Shown here: positions 51,933 to 64,000 of the stretch, piece after piece
Position numbering within the stretch: position 1 is the stretch's first letter
How the letters are laid out: each line of letters opens with the position of its first letter
Assembly (NCBI GenBank): GCA_044892525.1
Contig: CM097885.1
Span: 53,136,001 to 53,200,000 of the forward strand
Length of the DNA: 64,000 nt
Direction of reading: 5' to 3'
Origin: Schmidtea polychroa
Lineage: Eukaryota
Program-made: the position numbers and the translations under genes
The notes under the pieces: model-generated
Seen by the model: only the letters and a program-made list of their open reading frames with translations
What the model was told of the DNA's origin: nothing
The model's database searches: none

Positions 51933-54015
51933 TGTAACTGTCTAGTCTTGTATTTAATAAAGTATCAACTGATTTCTGGGTTGATATTATCGCGTTAAAA
52001 TCCGGCTAATCACTTATCTTATTCTTGACACCCATATCGGGCTGTAGGCGCATTTAGGGCCATCCTTAATCCTTAGAAATAACCTTCAGGGCGGTTTGAA
52101 TAACGATTGTGTTAGTTCGAGTACTTACCCATCGAACCTAACACTATGATTAAGTTTTTTAAATCAATTTGGGTATCTTTCTCTCAGGGCTTCCCTTTGC
52201 TCACCTAATTTGATTTGAATTTAAAGCTTTAGGTTTTCAGACAATTTATTTATTTTTATGTTAATTCGCCCGAAAATAATTTATCGTCGGCTCTCTTTTC
52301 TCTCGGGTTTTCCTCGTTCCCAATTTGGCGCGACTTAATTAGATAATTTTGCTGATCATTCTGTTGGGTTTTTGATTACTTTAAGTCGGTTCCCTCTGAC
52401 TCTTCGTGTCCTTTAAATCAAAACAATAACGACCCAACGTATATTGAAATAACAAATTCACAATCCTTTATCACCACTTTACAATTAATAATCAAAGTCC
52501 GTTTGACCGATTCTCCGCTCGGTGTTGATATTTGATAAAGATAATATTCATCTTTTAGTTTCTTAGGTTCTCTTGACCAACGTTTTCCTCTTTTTCTGTT
52601 TGATTCGATCCTTTTCTCGCTTTTTATCCTTATTCTATCACTTCTTTTTCCTTAATCTCCTAGATCCGTTTTCGCCTTTTCCTAAGCTCAGTTTCTTCTT
52701 ACCCTACCTGAGGCAAAATGCCGATTTTCTCTGATTTTCCCTTTCCTTATATACTCCTTGAAATCGGGATGACAAATGTTATTGCCGAGCCAATCTTCAC
52801 TTGACATTTGCTTTCACGTATCTGCTTCGGCTGTCACCCATAATGGTCCAACGAACCAAGATAATTAATGGCCCTTCCGGCCTTTCTACACGCATTATCT
52901 TCTCCTTGCTCTTTTCCAATTAATCATTGCGTCAAGCTAATGGGCCCAAATCTTTCTTCTGTTTGCTTTTCTTCTTGTTTACCCAGCTCGGGTTTAACCC
53001 CTCGAATCAGCACAATTCCTCGTGGTACATGACTAGGTGCAACATTCAAACCTGAAACCACGATGATGTGATCTACCAGACACGACTTACGTGCTGACTT
53101 GGCAGGGCTAAAATCTGAATCGATAAGCAAAATAACGGGTTGGGAGCATAGCAAACATATATGACGGTGGGAACTGGATAAATATAGGCCAGTAGATAAA
53201 TGTCACACAACCGGTGAAGCGACTAGAAAGAGTGTGTCATTCTCGTAGATCGAAATATAACATATCACCCATAGTGCAATGATCCCTTTTACCAGAATCT
53301 AACTTGATGGTTCGACCGAGAAGAGATGATGGCCAAAGACCAGGAACTTCTAATCAAGAAGTAGATGGGTGTAAGTGGTATTAATCCCCACTTACTATTC
53401 CCACTTACTTCCCCACTTACTGGTATTAACCAGTATTAATCCCCGACTGTTATCTCATGACGACCTGCCGGTTACACAAAAGACTCCAACGATGTATGTG
53501 AAAATATCAGGATCCATTCTTGCTCCAGAATATGGCTCCAAACAAGTCAACTGTCTTTCGCTACATTCGCATTGGCGTACTCTATGCGGTCCTCGCATTC
53601 TAATCTCATCTTAACGAATTATCTAACCCTTCTGTCAGTCTCTTTTCGCAGTCACACCCGTGATAGCAAGCATTGAGTGGTCGAAGGTCCCGCTAGATAT
53701 CACCACTCCACAAATGTACTTCGAGTTGTCCCAGACGCAAATCCTAAGGTTTTTCATGGTGGATCACCCGAATGTGAACATGAATTAGTACCATTAAGAT
53801 TTTTCCGAAAATTTGATTTTTTCTGTCTCTCTTCTCAATTAGTGACAGAAATTTAATTCGCGTGAAACAGATGTCGACACAGCTGTTTTCAGGGAAATTC
53901 CTAAGGTGTTGTATAAAAATCAATAATTCCATGTGTTAGTATTACTCAGAGATATTCCCTAACCCATCCAAAAGACTATATTACAGATTCGGCACTATCA
54001 CCCGACTACCTTACA
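51933..54015. mobile_element. Probable decayed LTR-retroelement relic
   Basis: TGTAA...TTACA ends without a clean TSD; 52436-52775 shares ordered motifs (AACGTATATT, CCTGAGGCAAAA, CCTTATATA, TTGAAAT) with 8591-8935. Confidence 0.35.
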
Positions 54016-55150
54016 AAATTTATTGAACAAGACTCCAATTAAAATCAAGTAGTTTAGATACCCGAAGTATTAATTAAATGAGAGTGGGAAGTTTCATATC
54101 AGAATGTGCAGGAGATGCATGAATGATTACAAGCGGATTTCGATTTTTCGACACCAATAAATCATCAGCGTCAATAATAAATCAATTACATTCGATGGTT
54201 CGACAATTTAATTTAAAACCATTTCATTCGGGAATAAATAAAAATTTTAAAAAAATATTGAGCTCTAGAGAACAAGCTAACTCATATAATGAATTTTATG
54301 CATGAACTCATATTTGAAAATATGTTTTATAGTTGTCAGAAACTGTTCACTTCTTCTAAATCAAAAAGAAGCTTTGTTGAAAACAACCAAATCAGTTTTC
54401 CCTAGTCATATAGTGCAGCATTCAATCCTCTGGGCTTTCACTTATAACTATAGTATCAGTGTTGCAGTATTATACACTATCATCAAACCATGGGAAACAA
54501 AGATAAATAACTATTATTTGTACCAAAATATATATGAAAAAATATAATTGCTACGGATTTCCATAAAAATTTAGTGTTTAATAGATAAAACCATATTATA
54601 AATAAAAAGCTTTTGCGAAAATTTTTATATCCAATTAATTGGATAACAAATACTAAATAAATGAATTAACAGTCGTAATAGTTTTATTGATTATAGTCTC
54701 CAGTACAACTATCCCGATGATCAATAATAAAGATATAACGTCTGGCAAGTAATCAAAAAGTGTTACAGAAAGCCACAAGTGCAAGTTCTAATTTTAAATT
54801 ATGAAGGGTCTCGTTTTTATGGGTCAATTATTATTATTATTATTAAAACCGCTCGATGGTTTTATCATCATGCTATTTTAGATGGGCGAACGATCGTGCT
54901 GTCGAACCATTGAAATTTACTTGTAGATGTTTATGATGTACTAATAATGAAATTAATAACCCCTTCAGTAACAGGACCTTTGAAGCGGATAAAGTTAAAG
55001 GCATGCAAATGTTCAGTGTTCAACACCAGTGAAGTTGACAGGTTCAGTGATCAGATAAAATCCGTCCAAACTGAATCATGATAACGAGGATCATTGGCCT
55101 CTGTGACTGATTTATGACCGCCACCCAATGAATGAAACTCATGTTGAAAT

Positions 55151-55399
55151 CAGTGGTGAGCTATAGGAGGGTCGCGCGAGCCCTTTGTTAAATTATTCTA
55201 TGATTTACGAGCCCCTTGTACTTTTTGGTAAGTATTTTTTCAAAAAGAAAATATAATACAATGAAATCATTTTCATTACATATATTTGTAAAGCGACGAT
55301 TTTTTTAATTAACATTTTGTTTTTTTATGTCAGTCCAATGGGGAAAACTCGAAGGGAAAAAAGCAAGCCCCTTGTTAAAAATTTCATAGCTCACCTCTG
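55151..55399. mobile_element. hAT-type MITE
   Basis: TIR CAG(T/A)GGTGAGCTAT (13/14); 8-bp TSD GTTGAAAT/GTTGTAAT. Confidence 0.8.
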
Positions 55400-56150
55400 G
55401 TTGTAATCTAACAAAAGTTTTATTTAAAAATATTTATCACTCAATAGAATTAAGTTAAAATATAAAATAAAGTTTTTAACAATACCGAAAATTTCTGTTA
55501 CATAGGACAATAAAATTACAAACGATAAGTAGTATATAGTGAGGACTCCAGGACACTTTCAAGGTCATCCCAATGTCCAGATCAAATATAGGTCAATAGA
55601 ATCATTTTTATTTATTTTTTTTTAAATTTATTTAATTACTTCTATTTAATTTTTTTTTTAATTTATTAATTAATTATTTTATTATTTTTTTTGTTTTAAT
55701 TAATTACTTTAGTTAATTTTCAATTTATTACATTTAATTAATTAATTATTTATTAATATTTTATTTTAATTACTTACGTTATTTAATTAATTTTTTTTTT
55801 AATTTAATTTTTTTTTATTTATTATTATTATTATTATTATTTTTATTGTTATTATTTTACATTTACATTTAATATATTCTAACAAGAGTGTAAATTGTAA
55901 CAATAATATTTCAATTTGAATAAAATTTTAATTAGTAATAATCATAAAATAAAGCTGTGTTAATTTAAAATAAAATGGGCATTAATTTTTCAAAACAAAG
56001 CAAAGTTTTTCATGATAAATAATAATTCTTACTTAAAACTAATTATCTAAATTAATTGGACAAATGAATTATTAAATGATAAAACATATTTTAATTAACG
56101 AAGTCAAATAATTCACAATATATATTTTATTATTCACATAAATTTAATTG

Positions 56151-59100
56151 TTAAAGTGCTTGTTTCGATTTGCATTCATTTCTAGACATAGCAGTTGCAA
56201 TATGCATTTGACGAATCTTATAGTGACCGTAGGCATAGCTTTCATTACAATTGTGCCAATACCTTTTATTGTCCAAACATTGGAGAGCTCGTTTTTCTGT
56301 CATGAAAGTATACAACTGATGATTGACACTTCCTATTCTTTTTTGTGGGATGCTCACTGTTCCACCATCAGTATACACTTTTTTATAGGCTTCATGTGTA
56401 AGATTAGAGTTTGTAAGTCTTATTCCTTTGGCTTTTAGAGTGTTTTTATCGCCTTGGAGTGAGTAGCACTTGGGTCGAAGAAACACCCATTCTTTATATT
56501 GATTTCCTTTATTCTCATCCTTAACTTTCCCGATTACAGAACAAATTTTATCAGAGAACAACGGATCGGTCACTGGATAATTTGAAGTATCTAGGAGCCC
56601 ATCTTCAATCATTTTTGGATATAGTTGTAAGCGTAAATCTACATTTTTACACTCTAAAAAGAAGGAATCTGTGTCACCGGCTACGATATTAATTTGACAA
56701 TTGAATTCTTCTCTATAACTCTGTAGCTCTTTATATTGAAATTGGTACATGCGAAGTTTGGATAAATCAAGTACGGTTTGTCCAATATACATTGGTCTAT
56801 CTAAACACACAATTTCCTTATTGAGTATAACAGCAATGAGATCATCCGCAATCTTGATGCTACGACGAAACATAGGATGACTACAATAAGTTATCAATCT
56901 TTTGCTTTTGTTGCATAATCTCAAATTTATACGTTTCTTCAAGTTTTCCACAGTTTTACCGTATAAACTGTTGTTCTTTAACTTATAATAATCTCGCTGA
57001 AACGAATCCGTACTAGCTGCTCTCATTTTGGTATTGTAATCAATATATCCTTTGAAAATAGCCACTTGCTTGAATTCTACAGCACGATTAACTTTTGTGA
57101 CTTTTGCGCCGTAACTCAACCACTCTGTCAAAACTCTACCATTAACTACATAGTTTTTCTTAGGCTCATGAGTTAACAACAGCTTTTCAACTTTACTACC
57201 AGGTGGATAACAAAGCTCAGGAGCTATAGGTAAATCATCTAGCTTATCTTGTATACTATCAGGAATGACGATGTCAACCTCCAAAACATATCCACGATCT
57301 CCATCAAACTCATCCCCATTTGCACATCTTTTAATAATACCATTCATTTCAGTCTGATCATTTATCCATCTAAATTCACCAACAGGAAGTTTTTGCGACA
57401 GAGCCCATCCATATAAATTATTAACATCTAGGTATGACATTTGTGTTGATACATCAGCTTCAACATGATGTTTGTTGATAAATGTCATTCCACCACGCAT
57501 ACCAGCTTCAAATAAACGGTAAAGCTCTGGATCTTGAATAAGTTCTATCGGTTCAGGTAACTGTTTAATAGCTGATGCCCAACTTAATCCGGGTATGGAA
57601 ACAAACGATAGAGCCTCAAGTCCATCTTCGTCAAATGTTTTTTCTCTGAAGGCTTCAAAAACATCGGCCAACAGAAAAACATCCAACTTGAGATATATTA
57701 GCATGTAATCTAGCAATGTCTCACAGTTGTATTGTTGCCAGATTCGATTTGCATGTATATAATCTTCTTGACTAACTCCCTCCCAAATTGCAGGTAATTC
57801 TGTTATTGACTGTAAAACATCCATTGATGTAGCCATATCATAAGGAAAAATGGTTTTACAAGTCATCATCTGTGATTCGAAAACATCTGAGGTCAGTGGA
57901 AGACATGGTAAATATTTTGATAAATTTGCCAAGCTGCTATTTAAAAATTGTAAAGAATCAATGAATCTAATTCTTCTGCCTTTCGATGTTGCTGTAAGTG
58001 TGAGAAACTTTTCTGTTGATTGTGGAATAACATTTAAATTCCAATCTGGGAATTTTCCAATTGCATATTTTAATATATGATGAATGTCATATCCACGAAG
58101 ATTGTGAAATACAACAGGTAAAGACGGATTAATTCTTCTAGCCAAATTACAATCTTGACATGCTGCTCCGAGATATTGACCGGTAAAATGATCATGATCT
58201 CGAACAGGTATATTGATAATCTTTTTACAAAGGTAGCAATGAGTTTGGTTCGTAAATTCTTCCTGCTGTTCCCAAGTGAGTTCCATCATTTCATTCGATC
58301 CATTAATTTTATACCACAGATAAACTATGTCTTTAGCTATATCATCCAATGCTTGTATAAACTGAATGATACAATTTTTCCCAACAAATGTTTCATTTCG
58401 AATCGGATGACCTTGATGAAGAAGCACAAATTCAGATGCAATCGGTTCATGCCTTTGGAAGTGTTTGTCGTCTAGAGGTAATATTGATTCAAAGTCCGCG
58501 TACACAACAAACTGCTGTTTTATAGTTTTACTCCAGTCTTTAAATTCGATATATTTATTCTCTGGCATTGAGTATAGAGTCGTCCGCTCCACATTCTTCC
58601 TACAAAGACCTATATGTCTTTCAAAAGCAGGACGTTTTCGAAACCCGTGAAGACACGTATGACACCAATGTGATTGGATTCTGACTCCTTCTACTCTATC
58701 TCTGTAATTGAGCAGTCGATCGAGATTGGTTACAGCCAAATAATGATAATTTAATTCTAAAATTTAGTTAATATTTTTAATGATTAAAAGAAATATTACC
58801 TTCTTCAATCAATAGGAGATATATCTGAGATCTCGTCGAAGTACTTTTATATACCAAGTCAACGAACGGATTCTTGAAAATATTTTCACTATTCTGTTTA
58901 ATTGGATCCTTATTATATTTGAGAACATTGATCGCTAGATTAGGATTCATTGCTTCAAATTGGCAAATGTTAACCAACTTCATTGGAAACCAATCTGATT
59001 TCCATTTTAACTCTAAATAAAATAATATATGTATAAATATAAATATATAAATATAAATATATATTACCACTTAAATTATATTTCATTACTCTTTCTCTGT

Positions 59101-60142
59101 GGTGTTTTATGTCATCATAATGTAATACAGCCAGTATGCCATATAAAAAGCAGAATTGATCATTTTTGTGTACATTAACTAAAGCCAGACAGTTTTTCAG
59201 GTAATTTGGCGTTTTAATGTAACTTGAACCTAAGTAATCTCTTGATTTATATATATAATAATGTAAATAATCTTACCAGATACATGTATTATGTCTGATA
59301 ATTTAGTTAAAATCATAGTAACTTCTAATATTTTATGAATTCTCCACCCACTTCTTTGTTGAGTGTATTTCTCCAACTTTTCTTTTAATTTTTCAATTCC
59401 ATCATTAATAAATGAAGATGACATTGTAATTGCTTTATTTGACAAACACCATTTTTTAATTTCACCATCCTCTTTGATAAACTCTGCACAAAGTCCAAAT
59501 TGGATTTTTACTGTCCCCATTCGTTGAATATGATCTTCTATTTCTTTGATGAGACAATCTGGAACAACAATGTCAGGAGAATTAATTGCAGATACATCGC
59601 TTGTCAATTCAACACGAGAACCATTTAAGTCAGACTCCCGACGTGGACACAATTGTATGTTAGAGTCTCCATTTCCGTAAAATATTGACTTTCGTTTTGT
59701 GGTGCCAGAGTTTTGTCTAACTATATTTATAATTAATATTAAACAACTTAAATAACATAACTTGTAACATATTCTTTAATCGGCTTAGGATCGTATGATG
59801 TATTCATTTTCGATTGTACTATAAAAAAAAATTAATAATTGTTAATTGTAGAAAGAGTATTACTTTTAGTGATCATACTGCTCTTCGTTTCTTCGAATCT
59901 TCTAAGATGGTGTCCGTGTTGTCGTACAAACATTAACCACCTACCTGGTGTTATAATGAGACATTCCGGACATATGTAACCCAATAAGCTAGAGTCATTT
60001 ATCTTGAAATATGATGATGTAACTGATTTACAGTTCTCAGCATCTTCATGACTTTCGGCAATACAAAATTTATATAAACTGCATCCGTTCACTAAAAGAA
60101 AATAATCATTAATATTAGATAGAGAATAAAAAATTATTCACT
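56151..60142 (-). CDS. polB: Polinton/Maverick-type family B DNA polymerase with Zn finger and endonuclease-VII-like insert; 7 exons (60142, 60091-59864, 59818-59762, 59720-59277, 59229-59071, 59012-58800, 58756-56151), about 1,235 aa
   Basis: YADFES, RDHDHFTG..GAAC..CN, FHNLRGYD, YLKLDV, YLDVNNLYG, KLKNNSLYGK, GDTDS, KAKG. Upstream exons add GSSYI..N.HKND..CF and FPMK..FE..N. Six phase-1 GT-AG introns of 41-58 bp join without a stop; the first exons are less certain. Confidence 0.88.
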
Positions 60143-60194
60143 TATATAAGTTAAATTAAAAGTTTAAATGACAAACATTTGAAAAGTTACTGCT

Positions 60195-60347
60195 TATATA
60201 TTACACATGATTAAATTCTGACCAATCAAAATCAAGGAAGGGGTAGGAAAAATAAATATATTCTGACCAATCAAAATCAAGGAAGGGGTAGGAAAAATAA
60301 ATATATTCTGACCAATCAAAATCAAGGAAGGGGTAGGAAAAATAAAT
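60195..60347 (-). promoter_or_regulatory. Candidate polB promoter: three tandem 43-bp CCAAT-box repeats plus TATA
   Basis: ATTCTGACCAATCAAAATCAAGGAAGGGGTAGGAAAAATAAAT three times, then TATATAAG on the minus strand about 55 bp before the first donor; a related single copy at about 60955-60995. Confidence 0.6.
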
Positions 60348-60553
60348 GCATTACGTTGCAGTATTTTAAAACTTCAATATATTTTAAAACACATTTTGAC
60401 GCTAAAGTTGACTTATTTAACATTTTCATAATTTTCAGTATTTTTATTATTATTTTTTAATAATATTTTTATTATTTTAATTATTTTCATGATTATATTC
60501 AGGAACATTTTCATAATTTTAAATCAATTTTTTAAAATAATAATAAAATATGA

Positions 60554-60822
60554 CTAACATTTTGATTCCATGATAATATCTTGAGTATCGGCCACAATAT
60601 CATTTTCACCATCATTAATTGTTTGATCAACTAAACAATTTTTAATTTCAATTAAATTTTTAAAAATAAACTTACTTAATAAAACATCTTCGTCGGCACT
60701 ATTAATAATTGGCAGATCTTGACTATAGTTGTCGGCCTCGGTGACTTCATACCATAAATTCTCTAAAATAATAATAAATAATAATAATACTAAAATAATT
60801 TACCGTTTTCTCCTGCCAACAT
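60554..60822 (-). CDS. Small spliced acidic protein upstream of polB (exons 60822-60804, 60762-60676, 60630-60554)
   Basis: MLAGEN|ENLWYEVTEADNYSQDLPIINSADEDVLL|IDQTINDGENDIVADTQDIIMESKC*, joined by phase-1 GT-AG introns of 41 and 45 bp. Confidence 0.45.
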
Positions 60823-61149
60823 GGCGCGTAAAATATTATCTAATTCACTGTCTATTTTTAATCGAAAATTTTTTAGTCGAAAATTTGTAAAATTTAAAAA
60901 TAATTGTGACGATTTTGAAAATTGTAACTGCTTATAAAGAAAAGGAATATTTTCCGGTCCAATCAAATCAAGGAAGGGATAGGAAAAAGAATAAATACAT
61001 TACGTTGCGGTATTTTAAAACTTAAATATATTTTAAAAACACATTTTGACACTAAAGTTGATTTATTTAAAATTTTCATAATTTGCATTAATTTCATGAT
61101 TATTTTCAATATTTTCATGATTTTCAATATTTCCATGATTGTTTTCTTC

Positions 61150-61187
61150 AAAATCTTATTTTATTTAGAAATTATTATTACTATTAC

Positions 61188-61236
<49 letters not shown>

Positions 61237-61290
61237 TTTATTTTTTATATTATTATTATTATTTTATTATTATTAATATTATTAATATTA

Positions 61291-61340
<50 letters not shown>

Positions 61341-61389
61341 ATTTTTTTTATTATTATCATTATTATTTTTTTTTTATTATTTTTTTTTC

Positions 61390-61429
<40 letters not shown>

Positions 61430-61636
61430 ATTATTAATATTATTTTTATTTCTATTATTATTATTATTATTATTATTTTTTATTATTTTTACTTTTATTA
61501 TTAAAATTTTATTATTATAATTATAATTATTATTATTATTATTAATATTATTAATATTATTTTTATTATTATCATTATTTTATTTTATTTTTATTTTTAT
61601 TATTATTTTTATTATTATTTTTATTTTTATTATTTA

Positions 61637-61709
<73 letters not shown>

Positions 61710-61710
61710 A
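61150..61710. repeat. Degenerate (ATT)n tract
   Basis: Read directly. Confidence 0.95.
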
Positions 61711-61757
61711 TTTAAAAAAAAATATTAAAAATAATATTAATATTAAAAAAAATCAGG

Positions 61758-62070
61758 AAAACATGTGTGTATTATACACAAAACAAGATACATAGTTTTT
61801 AACCAATTATAATTATAGAAAATTAAATTTTATCTATATATTATATGTATAAAATCCTATGAAAATTACGTTAAATGTATGAAAAATACAAATTTATTGT
61901 AAAAACATGTGTGTATTACACACAAAACAAGATACATAGTTTTTAACCAATTATAATTATAGAAAATTAAATTTTATCTATATATTGTATGAATAAAAAT
62001 CCAAAAAAATAACGTTAACTGTATGAAAATTACAAATTTATTGTAAAAACATGTGTGCATTACACACAAA
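61758..62070. repeat. About 143-bp tandem duplication (2+ copies)
   Basis: AAAACATGTGTG recurs at about 61758, 61902 and 62046. Confidence 0.85.
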
Positions 62071-62566
62071 GCACCAAACTGAAATGGTAATTGCACCATA
62101 TTGTAGAGAATTGAATTCTGCCTATACATGGTTACATTTAAATCTCGATCAGACCTGTTAAAAGCGACAAAAAAGAGTAAAAACAGTAGAGTAGATGGAT
62201 TGGGCACCGCTGGAACCCTCCCCGTGTATAACAATGATAATAGTAATATTTATATTTATCTTGCACTAAGCTTCAAAATAAGCTATCGATCGATGAAATA
62301 AAATGATGGGAACGATAACTTTTGGGCAAACGAAAACCAGGTCACCGCTGGACCACTAATAATATTTTGAATAATAATAATAAAATAATAATATTTTTTA
62401 AAAATAATAATATGACCTTGATGAGTCATCACGAGTCATATGACCTTGGGAATGACCTTGATGAGTCATATATCTTTGTTTAAAATTTGACCTTGAAAAA
62501 AAATGTACTTTTAGACTTAGAAAAAATTTTAAAAAAATTTCCGGCCGGGGGGGGGGGTGGGGGTAT

Positions 62567-64000
62567 GTGGTCCAGCGGAGTCCTGGTCTAGCGGTGCCCC
62601 ATCCATCTACTCTACTGTTTTTACTCTTTTTTGTCGCTTTTAACAGGTCTGATCGAGATTTAAATGTAACCATGTATAGGCAGAATTCAATTCTCTACAA
62701 TATGGTGCAATTACCATTTCAGTTTGGTGCTTTGTGTGTAATGCACACATGTTTTTACAATAAATTTGTAATTTTCATACTGTTAACGTTATTTTTTTGG
62801 ATTTTTATTCATACAATATATAGATAAAATTTAATTTTCTATAATTATAATTGGTTAAAAACTATGTATCTTGTTTTGTGTGTAATACACACATGTTTTT
62901 ACAATAAATTTGTATTTTTCATACATTTAACGTAATTTTCATAGGATTTTATACATAAAAATTCATAAAATATTAGAAGTTACTATGATTTTAACTAAAT
63001 TATCAGACATTAATGCAAATTATGAAAATTTTAAATAAATCAACTTTAGTGTCAAAATGTGTTTTTAAAATATATTTAAGTTTTAAAATACCGCAACGTA
63101 ATGTATTTATTCTTTTTCCTATCCCTTCCTTGATTTGATTGGACCGGAAAATATTCATTTTCTTTATAAGCAGTTACAATTTTCAAAATCGTCACAATTA
63201 TTTTTAAATTTTACAAATTTTCGACTCCAAGGCGATAAAAACACTCTAAAAGCCAAAGGAATAAGACTTACAAACTCTAATCTTACACATGAAGCCTATA
63301 AAAAAGTGTATACTGATGGTGGAACAGTGAGCATCCCACAAAAAAGAATAGGAAGTGTCAATCATCAGTTGTATACTTTCATGACAGAAAAACGAGCTCT
63401 CCAATGTTTGGACAATAAAAGGTATTGGTACAATTGTAATGAAAGCTATGCCTACGGTCACTATAAGATTCGTCAAATGCATATTGCAACTGCTATGTCT
63501 AGAAATGAATGCAAATCGAAACAAGCACTTTAACAATTAAATTTATGTGAATAATAAAATATATATTGTGAATTATTTGACTTCGTTAATTAAAATATGT
63601 TTTATCATTTAATAATTCATTTGTCCAATTAATTTAGATAATTAGTTTTAAGTAAGAATTATTATTTATCATGAAAAACTTTGCTTTGTTTTGAAAAATT
63701 AATGCCCATTTTATTTTAAATTAACACAGCTTTATTTTATGATTATTACTAATTAAAATTTTATTCAAATTGAAATATTATTGTTACAATTTACACTCTT
63801 GTTAGAATATATTAAATGTAAATGTAAAATAATAACAATAAAAATAATAATAATAATAATAAATAAAAAAAAATTAAATTAAAAAAAAAATTAATTAAAT
63901 AACGTAAGTAATTAAAATAAAATATTAATAAATAATTAATTAATTAAATGTAATAAATTGAAAATTAACTAAAGTAATTAATTAAAACAAAAAACATAAT
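62567..64000 (+). repeat. Inverted, internally deleted copy of the 55.7-62.36 kb region
   Basis: About 62567-62958 mirrors about 61845-62356; about 63010-63226 mirrors about 60876-61090; 63224-64000 mirrors about 56460 down to 55690. Confidence 0.9.
63224..63533 (+). pseudogene. 3' fragment of polB in the inverted arm
   Basis: LQGDKNTLKAKG...KSKQAL matches the polB C-terminus except WHN to WYN. Confidence 0.9.

Noticed and set aside
61096..61428. Hydrophobic poly-I/L/Y ORF
   Set aside because: Translation of an (ATT)n microsatellite.
61974..62827. Pair of 86-aa ORFs in the palindrome arms
   Set aside because: They exist twice only because of the inverted duplication; no recognisable protein features.

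Overview
AT-rich eukaryotic (invertebrate) genomic DNA with 41-58 bp minimal introns and (AAT)n tracts. It resembles a planarian such as Schmidtea, but that is an inference. Two host genes flank the window: the 3' half of an acetyl-CoA synthetase (1-8185) and THOC6 (46321-47526). The centre is an apparently intact, very young 30,508-bp Ty3/Gypsy (Metaviridae) LTR element at 15213-45720. It has two 4,183-bp LTRs that look identical, a TTAC target-site duplication and a tRNA-Pro-type PBS. Its single 4,811-codon polyprotein runs Gag, three ubiquitin-like domains, a Bcl-2-like domain, a chuvirus-like fusion glycoprotein, protease, RT, RNase H, integrase, a duplicated ankyrin module and a type I membrane protein. 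Separate ORFs encode an IAP-type RING protein, a full-length TRAF, several coiled-coil or membrane proteins, and a protein inside each LTR. It probably belongs to the planarian giant 'Burro' class (from recall, not verified). It is nested in an older antisense LTR of a related family, and further related LTR relics lie at about 9 kb and 50-51.4 kb. The right end holds a 7-exon Polinton/Maverick-type DNA polymerase B gene inside a large, internally deleted inverted duplication. Several hAT, piggyBac and TIR MITEs are also present. Domain calls were made by eye from motifs; no database searches were run.
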